A stretch of 61,473 bases of DNA, the filler included, from Basidiobolus meristosporus CBS 931.73 (lineage: Eukaryota; Fungi; Basidiobolomycota): assembly GCA_002104905.1 (NCBI GenBank). It is 4 parts of 4 records of this genome, joined end to end, with 100 filler letters (N's around TTAATTAATTAA, not from the genome) between each part and the next. Parts side by side here need not be neighbours in the genome. Positions count along the whole stretch, not along the records: positions 1 to 28,632 come from MCFE01000879.1; 3 more parts are not named here. The stretch is one strand, 5' to 3'. This document shows, piece after piece, positions 13,100 through 25,699 of this stretch (positions are counted from its first letter, which is position 1; every line of letters begins with the position of its first letter). The translations under genes and the position numbers were made by a program. The notes beneath the pieces are model-generated. The model had not been told where the DNA came from. It ran no database searches and saw only the letters and a list, made by a program, of their open reading frames with translations.

Positions 13100-13980
13100 A
13101 AACTGTGGGTGGATCTAATCTGGTTCAATCATACGGATCCCTCAATGGGACAGTCACAATGCCTGCTGCTTGGAGTTATGAACCCTCCTTATATTCCTAT
13201 AAAATCAATATGATGGTGTTTTGCTGAATCCACTGCCCAACTTGTAGGCATGCTTGACAATGATTCAACAGTCCCTTGACAGGATTTCAGTGGCATTGGT
13301 ATGTTTCTCCAGCAGACCACACTTATTTGAACATACCCAATCAGCAAGTGCATGCAATTGCTATATGTGGAGATACACTTGATGGTACTTTATGGCCTTG
13401 TTGCTGGTATCTGTTGGCATTATAATGACAGTATGGCCACTTGTAGCCAGTACAGTACAATACCAGCATACCAATTGACCAAATTGTATTTCCTTTTGCT
13501 GCCTCCATTTGCACTGTTGATATGTACTATAGTAGAATCCCCCGGCTTCTTGCTTACCCACTACTAATGCTGGTATTTGACATATAGCTAGAATCAAAAA
13601 AAACTGTGGCCTTCTGTTGATAACCCTTTATATACAGGCACACCTGCAGCAATTGACATACTTCTATTAACACAGTCTTATGGCCATTATGTTTGATACA
13701 TGAAAAGCTGCCTTATACCTTGCATTGCCAGTAGCATATTCATCTTGCAAACATATGCTTGGTTGCTACTACTTTTGCCATCAATTCCTCTTTAATATCT
13801 GCAAAATACTTTTAGGTGCCTTGCTGTTATATTTCTTCTCTCTACTGGATACTAGTCCCCCCTATAGGTGCACTTTGGTTCTTGTTTGTATGAACTATAT
13901 ACTGCAGGGTGTACAAATTGGCTGGCACAAAATGGAAACCTGGCATAATTTGGTAAAGTTACCCAAGTCAGAACTGGCCA
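13100..13980 (-). mobile_element. CACTA transposase 3' fragment
   Basis: Aligns to 40520-41100 (for example catcttgcaaacatatgcttggttg). It is cut at 13981 by a gypsy LTR. Confidence 0.7.
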
Positions 13981-14826
13981 TGTCATGCTCACATGACAAC
14001 CATGAACACCCATGCCAAGTTTCAGCTTCCTAGCTCAATTTCTAAGAGAATCCTTTTGGAACCTTATACCACCTTCCAGAAAGTTCCTGACCATTCCAAG
14101 CCATTGTTACACAATGGAACATTCCATGGAAGCTTTCCATCGTATTTTTCATAGTCCAGTACCATATATGGAAATACCAGGTCACATGACTTAGTCACAT
14201 GATCAGGTGACCCAATCCATTTCCCCATCCTGTCTCAGTGCTGTGTCATCTATGTCATTATCCCCGCACCATTGCTGTGCCTCACCCCACAACCCCATTA
14301 GTATTAGCTAATATCTCTCGGCATCAATATAGCCAAAAAAGTATATATAGTCCTATCCCCCCTTAAGTATTCCTCAGTCTGATAAACACAGGTCTTGAAT
14401 AAACAGCCTTGCCTTGAATCCTGCCTTGCCTTGATGGTCCACACCTAAGTCCTTCCCTGCCGTGCCTAGCTTTTCCTCCTGCCTTGTGTCTATTCATAAC
14501 AGTTTTATCAGACTCTCCTGACTTACCTGTGGATCCCTGCCTTCTGCCCAAAGTTTGAAGAAAACTTGTAAAAGGAATACTCACCGTAAGTATCACCCAT
14601 CATCTTTCCCTAGTCTTGTCCTATAAAGGCAAAGATACTTTATCTTTGTAAAACTATTGGTCAAAGCTGCATTCACTTTATTACCCTGCTGGTGGAGTTT
14701 ACAGTTGTTACAGTATTGGAAGCTTTAGTACAATACTCTATCAAAGGACGTTGAAACCAGTACCTTCTGAAGTGACGCTAACTTATTTAAGTTGGGGATT
14801 GTGGCTCAATAGTTGTATTCTTGACA
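13981..14826 (+). repeat. LTR of a second Ty3/gypsy family (gypsy-2)
   Basis: TGTCA...TGACA termini, a TATA (gtatatatag at 14341), HSE-like motifs, and a gag ORF downstream. No PBS was recognised. Confidence 0.7.
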
Positions 14827-14907
14827 TACTAGTGGCTTTACAAACCCACAATCTAGTTTAGTATATTCCAGTATTCCTTGCAAGTTCATCTGCCTTCCTC
14901 TGCTACC

Positions 14908-15150
14908 ATGTCCAACCTAGAGCTGAACTTTGCCCAGCTCATGACTGCCTTTACCCAACTGCAGCAAGACCATGCAGACCTCAGAAACACTCTTGCTCAG
15001 TTCCAGAACCAAAGTGTCCAGCAAACTAGCCATGTCCCAGTCTACCAAGAACCCAAGTATACTCCTGCTAGCAAGTTCAATGGCTCTCAGAATGAATTCC
15101 GTGGCTTCATCAACATGGTGAAGAACAATCTTGCACTCCAGCCCAACCGG
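14908..15150 (+). pseudogene. Gypsy-2 gag N-terminus, interrupted by gypsy-1
   Basis: MSNLELNFAQL...EPKYTPASKFNGSQNEFRGFINMVKNNLALQP resembles the PEG10/RTL-like gag motif P.KF.G....RGF. It stops exactly at the LTR starting at 15151. Confidence 0.7.
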
Positions 15151-16230
15151 TGTGGTGGTGTATAAGTCCAAAGGGCAAAATACGGCCAACACTTCTCAAG
15201 TGTGAATGTGTGTGGGGTGTTCACTGGGTGCGATAACCTCTGGCAAAAGCTTGCTAGGAATACTGGGTCTTTTATCTAATCTAATGTGATGGGGGATAAA
15301 GCCTCAAGCTTGTCAAGGGAAAACTATTGAACTACAATCCCCAACTTAGTTGGCGTCTTAACAAAAGTTTATAATGGCTTCGACGTCCTTTGAGATGACA
15401 ATGTACTAAAGCTTCCAAAGTCAAAACAACTGTAAACTCCACCAACAGGGACTTGATAAGAATGCAGCTTTGACCAATAGTTACAAAAGACTGAAAAGTA
15501 TCTTTGCCTGTACAAGAACAAACTTGGGAAAACAAACAAATATAATAAAATATACCTACTCTGAGTATTCCTCACAAGTAGTGCCTCCAAGGTCAGTTGG
15601 CTGTCAGCGCGGTTTCCTGGGAGTGTTGTCAGGTCTGAGTCAGAAAATAGTGGTAATAGGTAGCGGTGATCTCACTAATCAATAAGTCGGAATATTGGAA
15701 GAGGGATGATTTATTTTAAGGGATAGCCTCCCTTATATACTTTTTTGCTGCTCAATTTCTTGCTAGAAAATACTTTCCGGAAGTTTCCAGAAGGTAGTAG
15801 ACAACCAATCATGTCTTTGTGTACTAAAAATAGCGCAAATTCTTGGCGGATTGTTCCATGAGACATAGTAGCACCTAGCCAATCAGGTAGTGGTAACATG
15901 AAACCTCTGCGTCATGTGGTTGCCTCTTATGGTAGTGAGATGGGGAATTATGAAACCAAGATGGTCACGTGACATGGGCACTGTTGGGGTACTTGCCTTA
16001 TAAGGTAACTATCTTATCTTGCCATCTCGGCAAGGAATAAGAATAGCTTGTGTAATGGGTTAATAGTGACAAATAGTTTGTCAGGTTGCATAGTAATAAT
16101 CACATAGACAAAAATAGGAAATATTGCAAATTTGGGATGATAATAATATAGGCGGGGTAATCCTTTTTAGGGAAGTGAACGCATAAGAATGAGCACATCT
16201 GCCTGTGGGTGTCACTGTGACCCCACTACA
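15151..16230 (-). repeat. Gypsy-1 3' LTR
   Basis: Minus-strand termini TGTAGTGG...CCACCACA. A PPT (GAGAGGGGGGTGGA) lies at 16231-16244. Confidence 0.95.
15775..15792. promoter_or_regulatory. Perfect 4-unit heat shock element in gypsy-1 LTR U3
   Basis: TTCcgGAAgtTTCcaGAA, about 35 bp upstream of the minus-strand TATATAA (15734-15740). An identical copy lies at 21889-21906. Confidence 0.75.
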
Positions 16231-16269
16231 TCCACCCCCCTCTCAGCTTTGAACTCAGGTCAAAGCAAA

Positions 16270-19200
16270 CTAAATGTGATGTGCGAAATTCCGGTGCTTG
16301 AATAACTTAAGTCGGTTTCCTGCCACAGGTGCTCTTAGCGGTGTTCCATCAAGTTCAGACAGGTAGTAGCTTCCATTTCCAATCACCTTAGAGACAATAT
16401 ATGGGCCAGACCACTTATTGTCAAATTTGCGGCTCCACTGCTTGTCTAAAGTGGAATCATAGAGCAGTACTGGATCTCCTTGCAGTAATGGCTTTGGTCT
16501 AAGGCTATGTGACTTGTCAAATGGTTCCTTGTTCTGAAGTCTTGTCTCTTTGAGTTTAGCAGCTGCTTGGGTAATATCAAGTTCATGGTGATCAAGCTGT
16601 TTAATGCGTGTAGTCAGTAGTTCTTCTGTACTCATTGTAGTTCTCCACTCTAGCGCATTCCAGGATGTTGAGTCAAGCTCTATGGGAAGAATGCAATCAT
16701 GTCCATAAAGCAATTTGAATGGAGATAGACCTGTGCTGCGTTTTGTAGTGATTCTATCTGCCCAGAGTGCTAGATGAAGTTGTGTAGGCCACTGTAGTGT
16801 CATGTTGTTGCAGCTCTTGACTAGGGAGTTAACCAATGGGCCATGGCCTCTTTCAACCATTCCATTGGCCTGTGGGTGATAAGCAGTGGTGAAAGCAATA
16901 TGAATCTTGTATTGTGAGCAGAGTTCCTGGATCCAATTTGAAGTCATTTCTCCTCAGTCAGCAACAAACTGGCTGATGCAGCCAAACCTGCATATTATAT
17001 CTTCAAGAATAAATCTCCATATGGTGTGGCTTTTGTTATTGGATAGGGCTCGAGCTTCTACCCACCCACTCAGATCATCTCTGGCAACAACAAGGTACTT
17101 CTTGGTTCCAGCAGTTGGCATGTGGACCAGGTCAATGCCAACCTTCTGCCATAGACAAGGTGTGTAGGTTGGATGGAGCGGCTCCTCATATCTCTTGGTT
17201 GACCTTCTTTGGCAAATGTCACAAGATTCAACAAAGTGTTGGACATCATGATACATATGCTCCCAGTAGTACCTACTGGAAACAACATTGTAAGTGGCGT
17301 CTCTGCCTCTATGACCACCGGGTCTTCCTTCATGAAGGCTTGACATAATAGTCAGTTGTTCCTGGGGCTCAACTATAACTCTTCTTGGTGTCTGTCCAGG
17401 CTTTACTCGTTTGAAGAGGAGGCCATCTTTTATGTAGAAATGATGGGCCTTCTTCCTGAGCTTTCTGAAATCATGTGGGCTCATTCCTGGTGGCTTCTCT
17501 AAGGTTCTCAGATAGTCTTGAATGGTGTTCCACGTAGAGTTGCTGGGCTTCTTCACGTGTAGTTGTCGGATTTCTGCATCAATTATGTCATCAGAGTCAG
17601 GGTCCATATCTTCAGACAACTGTGGTCCCTTCCTGGAGAGTGCATCAGCCACAACATTTGTCTTGCCAGGGATATGTCTGACCTCAAAGTCAAACATTTT
17701 CAGCCATGCCATCCACCGATTTGTGGCATCATCAGGTAGATCAGGTTTGTTGATCATTCCTATAAGTGGCTTAGCATCTGTCTCCAGGATGAAATGTGTC
17801 ATGTAGAGTTGTGACTTCAGCTTTCTCAGCATCTTCACAACTCCTAGTAGCTCTCTCTTAATCTGTGAGTATCTTTGTTCTCTAGGAGAGAAGAGGCAGC
17901 TCTCATATCTGCAGGCATAGCGGTTACCATCTTCATCATCTTGGCCAAGTAGTGCTCCAGCTCCTACAGGGCTTGCATCCACCGTCAAGATAGGTGGGCA
18001 TTCAGTGTTCTGATAGTCAAGAGGTCTCAGAACTGGTGGAGATACTAAGGCCTCTTTTAGTAATTGCATGGCTTCTTCTTGCTCTTCTCCCCAGCTAAAT
18101 GGGGCATTCTTTCTCTGTAGTCGGTAGATTGGTTCTGCTATCTCAGAAAATCTTGGGATCCAGATCCTAAAGAACCCACAAGCTGCCACAAAGCCACAAG
18201 CTTGTGTTAGATTTGTGGGGGTAGGCCAGTTGCATATCTTTTGTGTCTTGGAGTCTCCGGGTGAACAACCAAAGGTGTTGCATTTTTGTCCAACAATGGA
18301 TATCTCTGATACACCAAAGCTGCTTTTCTCACCACTGATGGTGAGTCCAGCTTCTTCAATGGCTCCTAATATGGCATCATTGTCTGAAATATGGTCATAG
18401 ACAAACTTTCTTACTCCAGGCATAACTTCGGTTGTGTCCCGGAGTTTTGGTCCTTTGATGCCTATGTCATCAACAAAGACAGCAAGTTTCTCAGGTATAA
18501 ACCGGTAGAGCACATTTACCATGCACCGCTGGAACTGAGCCACGGAGTTTGTTGCCCCTTGGCTAAGTCTTGTCATTCTTAACAGTCCAAATGGTGTCTG
18601 GAGTGCAAACATATCTCTTGATGTCTCATCTAGGGGAATCTGGTCGTATCCTGAGTAGAGATCATATGTTGAGTAGATGGAGTGACCACTAAAGCTTTCT
18701 GCAAAGTCATCAATAGACGGAGGTATTGCGGCATCTCTGATAGTGACAGCATTTGCAGGTTGCATGTCTTGAATGAATCGGAGCTTCCCATTCTTCTTTT
18801 TGGTCACAAACCATCTGTTAGCATAAGGTCCATGGCAAGGTTCTAGGATACCAGCTTCAATCTTCTTCTTAAGTAGGTCATGCACATCAGCTTGGAGTCC
18901 TCTAGGCAGTGGGTAAGGCTTAAATGACCAGGGTGTGTGGGGCACTGTATGAATTTTGATAGGTTTTTCCACAGATGTCTTTAAGAGTCCCATCTCCTTG
19001 TTGTTATATGAGAAAACCTTATCATGCCTTTTCAGGGTTTCTTCAAATAGTAAGATCTCCTCCGGTGTTAGGTTTCCATCACCAACGGTAAGTTGCTTAA
19101 GTCTCTCAGGTGTAAGTCGTATATCTTCTGGTGTTCCTTCTGGTGGTCTGATGTAATCAGCAGGTCGAGACCCATCAGTTAAAGGCGTAAGTGATGGTCT

Positions 19201-20916
19201 AATCTTCTGTTCCACTGTCTTGTATTTTGTGCGAACCATAGCTGTCTGCTCCTGTATACCTAATGAGTAGCTCCAACTGTTAGGGTGTATACTGTCAGGC
19301 TCCTCATCTTCTTCTATAACAAGATGTGTCTTCTGGCAAGCGGTATGTGTCCTCTTATTGTTGGGTGTTACCCCACAGAATGTTGACTGTAGTCCTGGGT
19401 TGGATCCTTGTATAGTGTACCACACTGACCCATCAGAATAGTTGGTAGTTGTAGCCTTAGTACTGGTCTCCCATGGTCTGCCTAACAGAAGGTCAAAGTT
19501 TGCCTTCTGGCAGATAAAGAGGGGAAGCCAGACCTTGATTCCTTGTACCTCAATAGGGAACTTGTGCACTACACCATAGAGTGGGCTAGACCCTGAGTTT
19601 GCATCAGTCATGTTCCATCCAATATCTCTATCAACAGGCAGTAGCTCCTTGCTTCTAAGTGTCTTTCAGAAGTCTAGCGGCATAACACAAATCTCTGAAC
19701 CACTGTCAATATGGCAGTCAACAGGGTCATCATATATATACCCTTTCACCACAGCAGTTGCAACTGAGTAAAAGGTCTTATATTTGGTAGCATTGTCATC
19801 CTTTTTGTGGTCTTCATGGTTTGTCTGGATTATATGGGTGTCCATATGTTCAACAGCTTGTCTTCTTGTTCTAAGCTGCTCATCAAAGGTCTTCCTAACA
19901 GATGGTGATACACTCATGATTTCTCCAACTGACAAAGTGAGGTTCTGCTTCAGTAGTTTCTCAGTAATCAATTGGGGGCTTGAGTAGCCTGCTATCTTTG
20001 AGGTCATCTGAAAGTGAGGTAATGGGTCTTGGGTAGGCAGTGTTCCAGGCCTCTTGTCAATAATAACCTCAGGCTCTTCAAATCGTGGTCTTCTAAGGAT
20101 GGGTTTGACAGGTTCTTCAGGAAGGTGTCTCTTAGTAGCAAAGGTGTCTACTTCATATTTTCTGTTGTCAGGGCTGTTTGGGCTCTCTGTATGAGTCTCA
20201 ATAGGGGCATCAACAGTAATCTTTCTAGTTGCTGAGTCAGACTTCTGGAAAAGGGCTCTCATTCCGCCTCTTCGGAAATTAGTGGGAATCCTTTTTCCTT
20301 CCTTATCAGCAAGCATTCCATCAGCATCAAACTGTACTGCTCCTTCTCTAAGTAGCTGGCTAAGCTCTGAGCATTCACGTCTGGCATGCTGAGTAGAGTC
20401 ACACCAAATGCAGTGTCTAGGCAAAGCTCTTTGGCCCTCAGTAGCTACCTCAGCTGAGCCGTTAACCTTGAGGGCTAGCTTTTGTAGCTGTTCAGCAAGT
20501 TGGTCAATTCTGTTGGTAGTGTAGGTCTGATTGTCAGCAACAGCACTCTTTAGCTCCTTGGTTGGCTGGTCTGGCAGATTAGCTGTCAGGAGTCTCATAA
20601 AGGTAGAAGTTTGCTTTGCCTCTAGGAGTACACGTTTCATCTCTGCAAAGCAAGGAATGCCAGACTTGTCATCCTTGGCTGCATGTAGGTCAACTTTCCT
20701 TGCCAACTCCTGGGGAAGCCCTTGTGCAAGGTAAAGTGTCATGGTAAACTCAGTTATCGCCTGGGACTCTAGGAGTGGCTTGGCCATATCTTCATATTGT
20801 TGAATGAACTCTTCAATTGGTAGCTTGGAGAGTCCCATCCTCCCAAAGTGTCTGAGGTCTTCAATTCCATAGTATATCTGGGGTCTGCCATACTCGGCCT
20901 GTAGGTAGGTCTTCAT
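16270..20916 (-). pseudogene. Gypsy-1 gag-pol polyprotein (one reading frame broken by two in-frame TGAs)
   Basis: ORFs 19666-20916, 16954-19611 and 16270-16947 are all in frame: PLDF*KTL... and VAD*GEM (expected DRG, so CGA>TGA). Confidence 0.93.
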
Positions 20917-21241
20917 TAAGGTCCAGTCAGTCAGAATGTTCCTTGTCTGAGAAGCTTGGTAGTAATATCATCAGTGCAGTAGTAGGGGAAGTCTTCAGCC
21001 ATTTCTTGTTCAGATAGGCTGCACATCTTGCAGAGCTTCTCCCATTTGAATATGAAGCTCTCCACATTCTTTCCATCAAACTGTGGGGCTCCATGTGAGA
21101 GTGGTAACGGCATAGAGTTCATTTTGGGTAGGTAGGTTGGTGTTAGTAGTCTTGATAATATTGGTAGTCTTGTTTCAATAAATGGGTAACGGCTCAAATC
21201 TTCAGGTAAATCTTGTTGGGTCCTAGGGAGCTTGTATGAAC

Positions 21242-21259
21242 CCCCCACGTTGGGTGCCA
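21242..21259 (-). promoter_or_regulatory. Gypsy-1 PBS, tRNA-Lys(CUU) type
   Basis: TGGCACCCAACGTGGGGG versus the classical Lys1,2 PBS TGGCGCCCAACGTGGGGC gives 16/18, with one mismatch a CpG>CpA change. It lies 4 nt from the LTR. Confidence 0.85.
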
Positions 21260-21263
21260 AATA

Positions 21264-22343
21264 TGTGGTGGTGTATAAGTCCAGAGGGCAAAATACGGCC
21301 AACACTTCTCAAGTGTGAATGTGTGTGTGGTGTTCACTGGGTGCAATAACCTCTGGCAGAAGCTTGCTAGGAATACTGGGTCTTTTGTCTAATCTAATGT
21401 GATGGGGGATAAAGTCTCAAGCTTGTCAAGGGAAAACTATTGAACTACAATCCCCAACTTAGTTGGCATCTTAACAAAAGTTTATAATGGCTTTGACGTC
21501 CTTTGAGATGACAATGTACTAAAGCTTCCAAAGTCAAACAACTGTAAACTCCACCAACAGGGACTTGATAAGAATGCAGCTTTGACCAATAGTTACAAAG
21601 ACTGAAAAGTATCTTTGCCTGTACAAGAACAAACTTGGGAAAACAAACAAATATAATAAAATATACCTACTCTGAGTATTCCTCACAAGTAGTGCCTCCA
21701 AGGTCAGTTGGCTGTCAGCGCGGTTTCCTGGGAGTGTCGTCAGGTCTGAGTCAGAAAATAGTGGTAATAGGTAGCGGTGATCTCACTAATCAATAAGTCG
21801 GAATATTGGAAGAGGGATCATTTATTTTAAGGGATAGCCTTCCTTATATACTTTTTTTTTGCTGCTCAAATTCTTGCTAGAAAATACTTTCCGGAAGTTT
21901 CCAGAAGGTACTAGACAACCAATCATGTCTTTGTGTACTAAAAATAGCGCAAATTCTTGGCGGATTGTTCTATGAGACATAGTAGCACCTAGCCAATCAG
22001 GTAGTGGTAATATGAAACCTCTGTGTCATGTGGTTGCCTCTTATGGTAGTGAGATGGGGGTTATGAAACCAAGATGGTCACGTGACATGGGCACTGTTGG
22101 GGTACTTGCCTTATAAGGTAACTATCTTATCTTGGCATCTTGGCAAGGAATAAGAATAGCCTGTGCAATGGGTTAATAGTGACAAATAGTTTGTCAGGTT
22201 GCATAGTAATAATCACATAGACAAAAATAGGAAATATTGCAAATTTGGGATGATAATAATATAGGCGGGGTAATCCTTTTTAGGGAAGTGAACGCATAAG
22301 AATGAGCACATCTGCCTGTGGGTGTCACTGTGACCCCACTACA
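21264..22343 (-). repeat. Gypsy-1 5' LTR
   Basis: About 97-98% identical to 15151-16230 on manual comparison. Confidence 0.95.
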
Positions 22344-22559
22344 GCGGTGTTGTATAAGTCCAAACTGAGCTATAAGAGCTACTAGGAGATAAACTTGGGC
22401 AACTTAAGTCTGAACTTGCAAAAGATGAATATATAACAGAGAGTATTTTTGTGTCATGTGAACTATATAGATTCAAGACAAAAAAAGATGTAGTAGAAGC
22501 CCATGCAAAAGGTATGCACAAAGATAAACAAAAGCTGTATAGCAATGTTGTTGAACTAC

Positions 22560-25180
22560 TCTCCCAACTGCAGTTGCAACTGAGTAACAGGTCTTATACC
22601 TAGTACCCTCATCATCCTTTTGGTGGTGTTAGTGGCTTGTTGGAATTATATGAGTATCCATGTACTCAATGGCTTGTTGTCTTGTTCTAAGCTGCTCATT
22701 AAAGGTCTTCCTAATAGATGGGGATACACTCATGATCTCTCCAACCAGCAAAGTGAGGTTTTGTTTCAACCACTTCTCAATGATCAGATGAGGGCTTGAG
22801 TAGCTTGCAATCTTTGAGGTCATCTGAAAGTGAGGTAATGGTTCTTGGGTGGTCAGCATACTGGGCCTCATGTCAATGGCAACTTCAGGCTCTTCAGATT
22901 GTGGGTATTATGAGGATGTGTTTGACAGCTTCTTCAAGAAGGTGTCTTTTGGCAGCAAAGGCATCAACTTCATATTGTCTGTTGTCAGGACTGCTTGAGC
23001 TCACTGTAAGACTCCCAATAGGGGCATCAACTGTAATCTTTCTGGTTGCTGAGTTGGAAATCTGGCAAAGGGCTCTCATACCTCCTCATTGGAAATTGGT
23101 GGGGATCCTTCTTCCTTCCATGTCGGCAAGCATTCCATCAGCATCCAACTGTACAGTTTCTTCTTTGAGCTGTTGACTAAGCTTAGAGTATTCTCTTTGG
23201 GCATGCTGAGTGGAATTACACCTGATGCAGTGTCTGGGCCAAGGTTTTTGGCTCTCAGTAGTTATTTCAACTGAGCCATCAATCTTGAGGGCTAGCTTTT
23301 GCGGCTGTTTGGCAAGTAGGTGATTCTTTTGGTAGTATAGGTTTGTTTGTCAGCAACAGCACTCCTTCACTCCTTGCTCAGCTGGTCTGGCAGATTAGAC
23401 TTCCGGAGTCTCATAAAGATGGACATCTGTTTTGCTTCTAGGAGAACATGTCTCATCTCTGCAAAGCATGGAATGCTGGGCTTGTCACCCTTGGCTGCAT
23501 GTATGTCCACTTTTTTTGTCATGTCTTGGGGAAGTCCTTGTGCAAGGTAAAGTGCCATGGTAAACTCAGTAATAGCTTGGGAATCTAGGAGTGGCTTGGC
23601 CATGTCTTCATACTGCCAAATGAACTCTACATGTGGTTGCTTGGAAAGTCAGTTCTTCTAAAGTGGCTCAGATCTTCAATTCCATAGCTTATTGGGGGTC
23701 TACCATACTTGGCTTGTAGGTAGATCTTCATTAAGGCCCAGTCAGTGAGTATTTTCCCTGTCTGAGAAGCTTGGTGGTATCTTTAGTGCAGTGGTAGGGA
23801 ATTCTTCAACCATTTCTTGTTCAGAGAGGCTGCACATCTTGCAGAGCTTCTCCCACTCAAATAAGAAGCTTTCCACATTCTTCCCATCAAACTCTGGGGC
23901 TCTGTGTGAGTGTGGTAATGGCACAGAATTCATTCTGTGTAGGTAGGTTGGTGTTGTAATCTTGATAATATTGGTAATCTCCTTACAATAAGTGTGTAAT
24001 GGCTCAAATCTTGGGGTAAATCTTGTTGGGTCCTAAGGAGCTTGTATGGGCCCCACATGTTGGGTGCTAAATATGTGGTAGAGTATAGTGTAAAGAGAAA
24101 TATCTCATATGTTGTAGAGTATAAGTGTAAAGGAGAAATATCTCCAACACTTCTCAAGAGTTTTGTGTGTGGGGTGTTCACTTGGTGCAATAACCTCTGG
24201 CAAAAGCTTGCCAGGAATACTTTGGTTCTGTCTCTAATCTAATGTGATGGGGAATAAAGCTACAAGCTTGTCAAGGGAAAACTAATTGAGCTACAATCTC
24301 CATGTTAGTTGGCATCTTAACAAAAGTATTAGCTGGGTTCAGTATCCTTTGAGATGACAGTGTACTAAAGCTTTCAAAGTCAAAACAGCTGTAAACTCCT
24401 CCAGCAGGGACTTTATTAGAATGCAGCTGTAGTCAATAGTTACAAAGACAGAAAAGTATCTTTGCCTGTGCAAGAACAAACTCAAGAAAGAATCAAATAC
24501 AACAAAACATACCTAATCTGAGTATTCTCACAAGTAGTGCTTCTATGGTCAGTTGGCTGTCAGTGCAGCTTCCTGGGAGTGTCCTGTAGTCTGGAATTGG
24601 AAGTTCAGGTAGCAGTAGGTAGCAGTGATCACACCAATCAACAAGTTAGTATACTAATAATAGGGATGATAATTTATTGTGGAGGATTGCCTCCCTTATA
24701 TACTTTTCTCACTGGTTAGGTGATTACTAATCAAGGTATTCCAGAAGGTTCCAGTGGTCAAATAGAAATATTATTGACATCCAAATGAGCTAAGAATGCT
24801 CTAAGTAGGTGCCAGAAGGTTCTAAGAGGCACAGCACCCCCAACCAATCAGGGATCAATATATTGGAGCCTGTGTAACATAGGAATACCATATATGGTAT
24901 CAAAATGGTAAGGGATAGTGACACAGCTTGATCATGTGTTACAGGTACTGGTTTGGATACCTGCCTAACATAGAAGCACTTACATCCAGTAATCTAACTT
25001 AAAGTGAGGGACAACTTATGCAATAAGGTAAGCAGGTGTGATAGTCAGCCAGCTTATGGATAATACTGATCAAGTAAGACAAATGGGATAAAACTAATAT
25101 AAGGGTAGTAGAAAAATAGGGAAGTAGAAACTATGGGAATGAGCACATCTGTCAGTGGATGTCACTGTGACCCCGCTTCA
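22560..25180 (-). mobile_element. Older truncated copy of the gypsy-1 family (5' LTR, PBS, gag)
   Basis: Gag fragments (FDGKNVESFLFEWEKLCKM; PLPHFQMTSKIA) match 19800-21120. A decayed PBS lies near 24050 and a diverged LTR at about 24073-25180. Confidence 0.85.
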
Positions 25181-25699
25181 ATGTCCTCAACTCATCTGTT
25201 AAGCTGTTCCATTGATTAGTCATCTGAGATCTATCCAACTACTTAGCAGTTTCCAAGACATCAGCTGATTATTGAAGCAATTTCTCATTTATCTTATGCA
25301 CCTATGAACACCCCAACATATTCAATGAGTCCAGTCACTTGGTGCTTACTAATTCAACTTGATCAGAAAAGTATTGATAAAGTTTACTGAACCTTTTGGT
25401 TTAGTGAGTGTCTCAACGAAAACAAGATTGTGCCTCAGCAAAATTAAGAATTCAACAACTCTGGTTTAGTTTCCATCCAAGTCTAGTATATCTAGCACTC
25501 CCAAGAAACCAAGCCTAGCCTACATAGCTAACCAAATCTGTTGCCTTTATAGCCCAGCTTGGCTATATACAAGACTATTATTAGACCAGAGCTTCTCTGG
25601 TAATATTTCTGTCACTCTTGACAATTGTAAGATTTTACGCTTAGTTGCTACTTAGGCACAGTTAACTCATTCAAGAGTTTATTACACTTTTATCTTGGA

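Larger units (their letters stand above)
15151..22343 (-). mobile_element. Full-length, relatively recent Ty3/gypsy LTR retrotransposon (gypsy-1)
   Basis: Two 1080-bp LTRs (15151-16230 and 21264-22343) differ by about 21 substitutions and 4 small indels on my count. It has a PBS and a PPT. Order is gag (CIWCDSTQHARREC knuckle), protease (IDSGSE), RT (FVDDI), RNase H (TVDAS, ETDAKPL), integrase (HHCC, GIDLV, NGMVER, GPY). Lesions are a frame change near 20931 and in-frame TGAs at 19666 and 16954. Confidence 0.97.

Noticed and set aside
19666-19668. In-frame TGA between gag and pol as a programmed read-through
   Set aside because: It lies inside the protease, just after the DSG motif, rather than at the gag/pro boundary. 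A point mutation is more likely.
20925-20960. Programmed -1 frameshift in gypsy-1 gag
   Set aside because: A slippery G GGA AAA appears only in the old copy; the young copy has A GGA ACA, and the site is early in gag. It is treated as a lesion.
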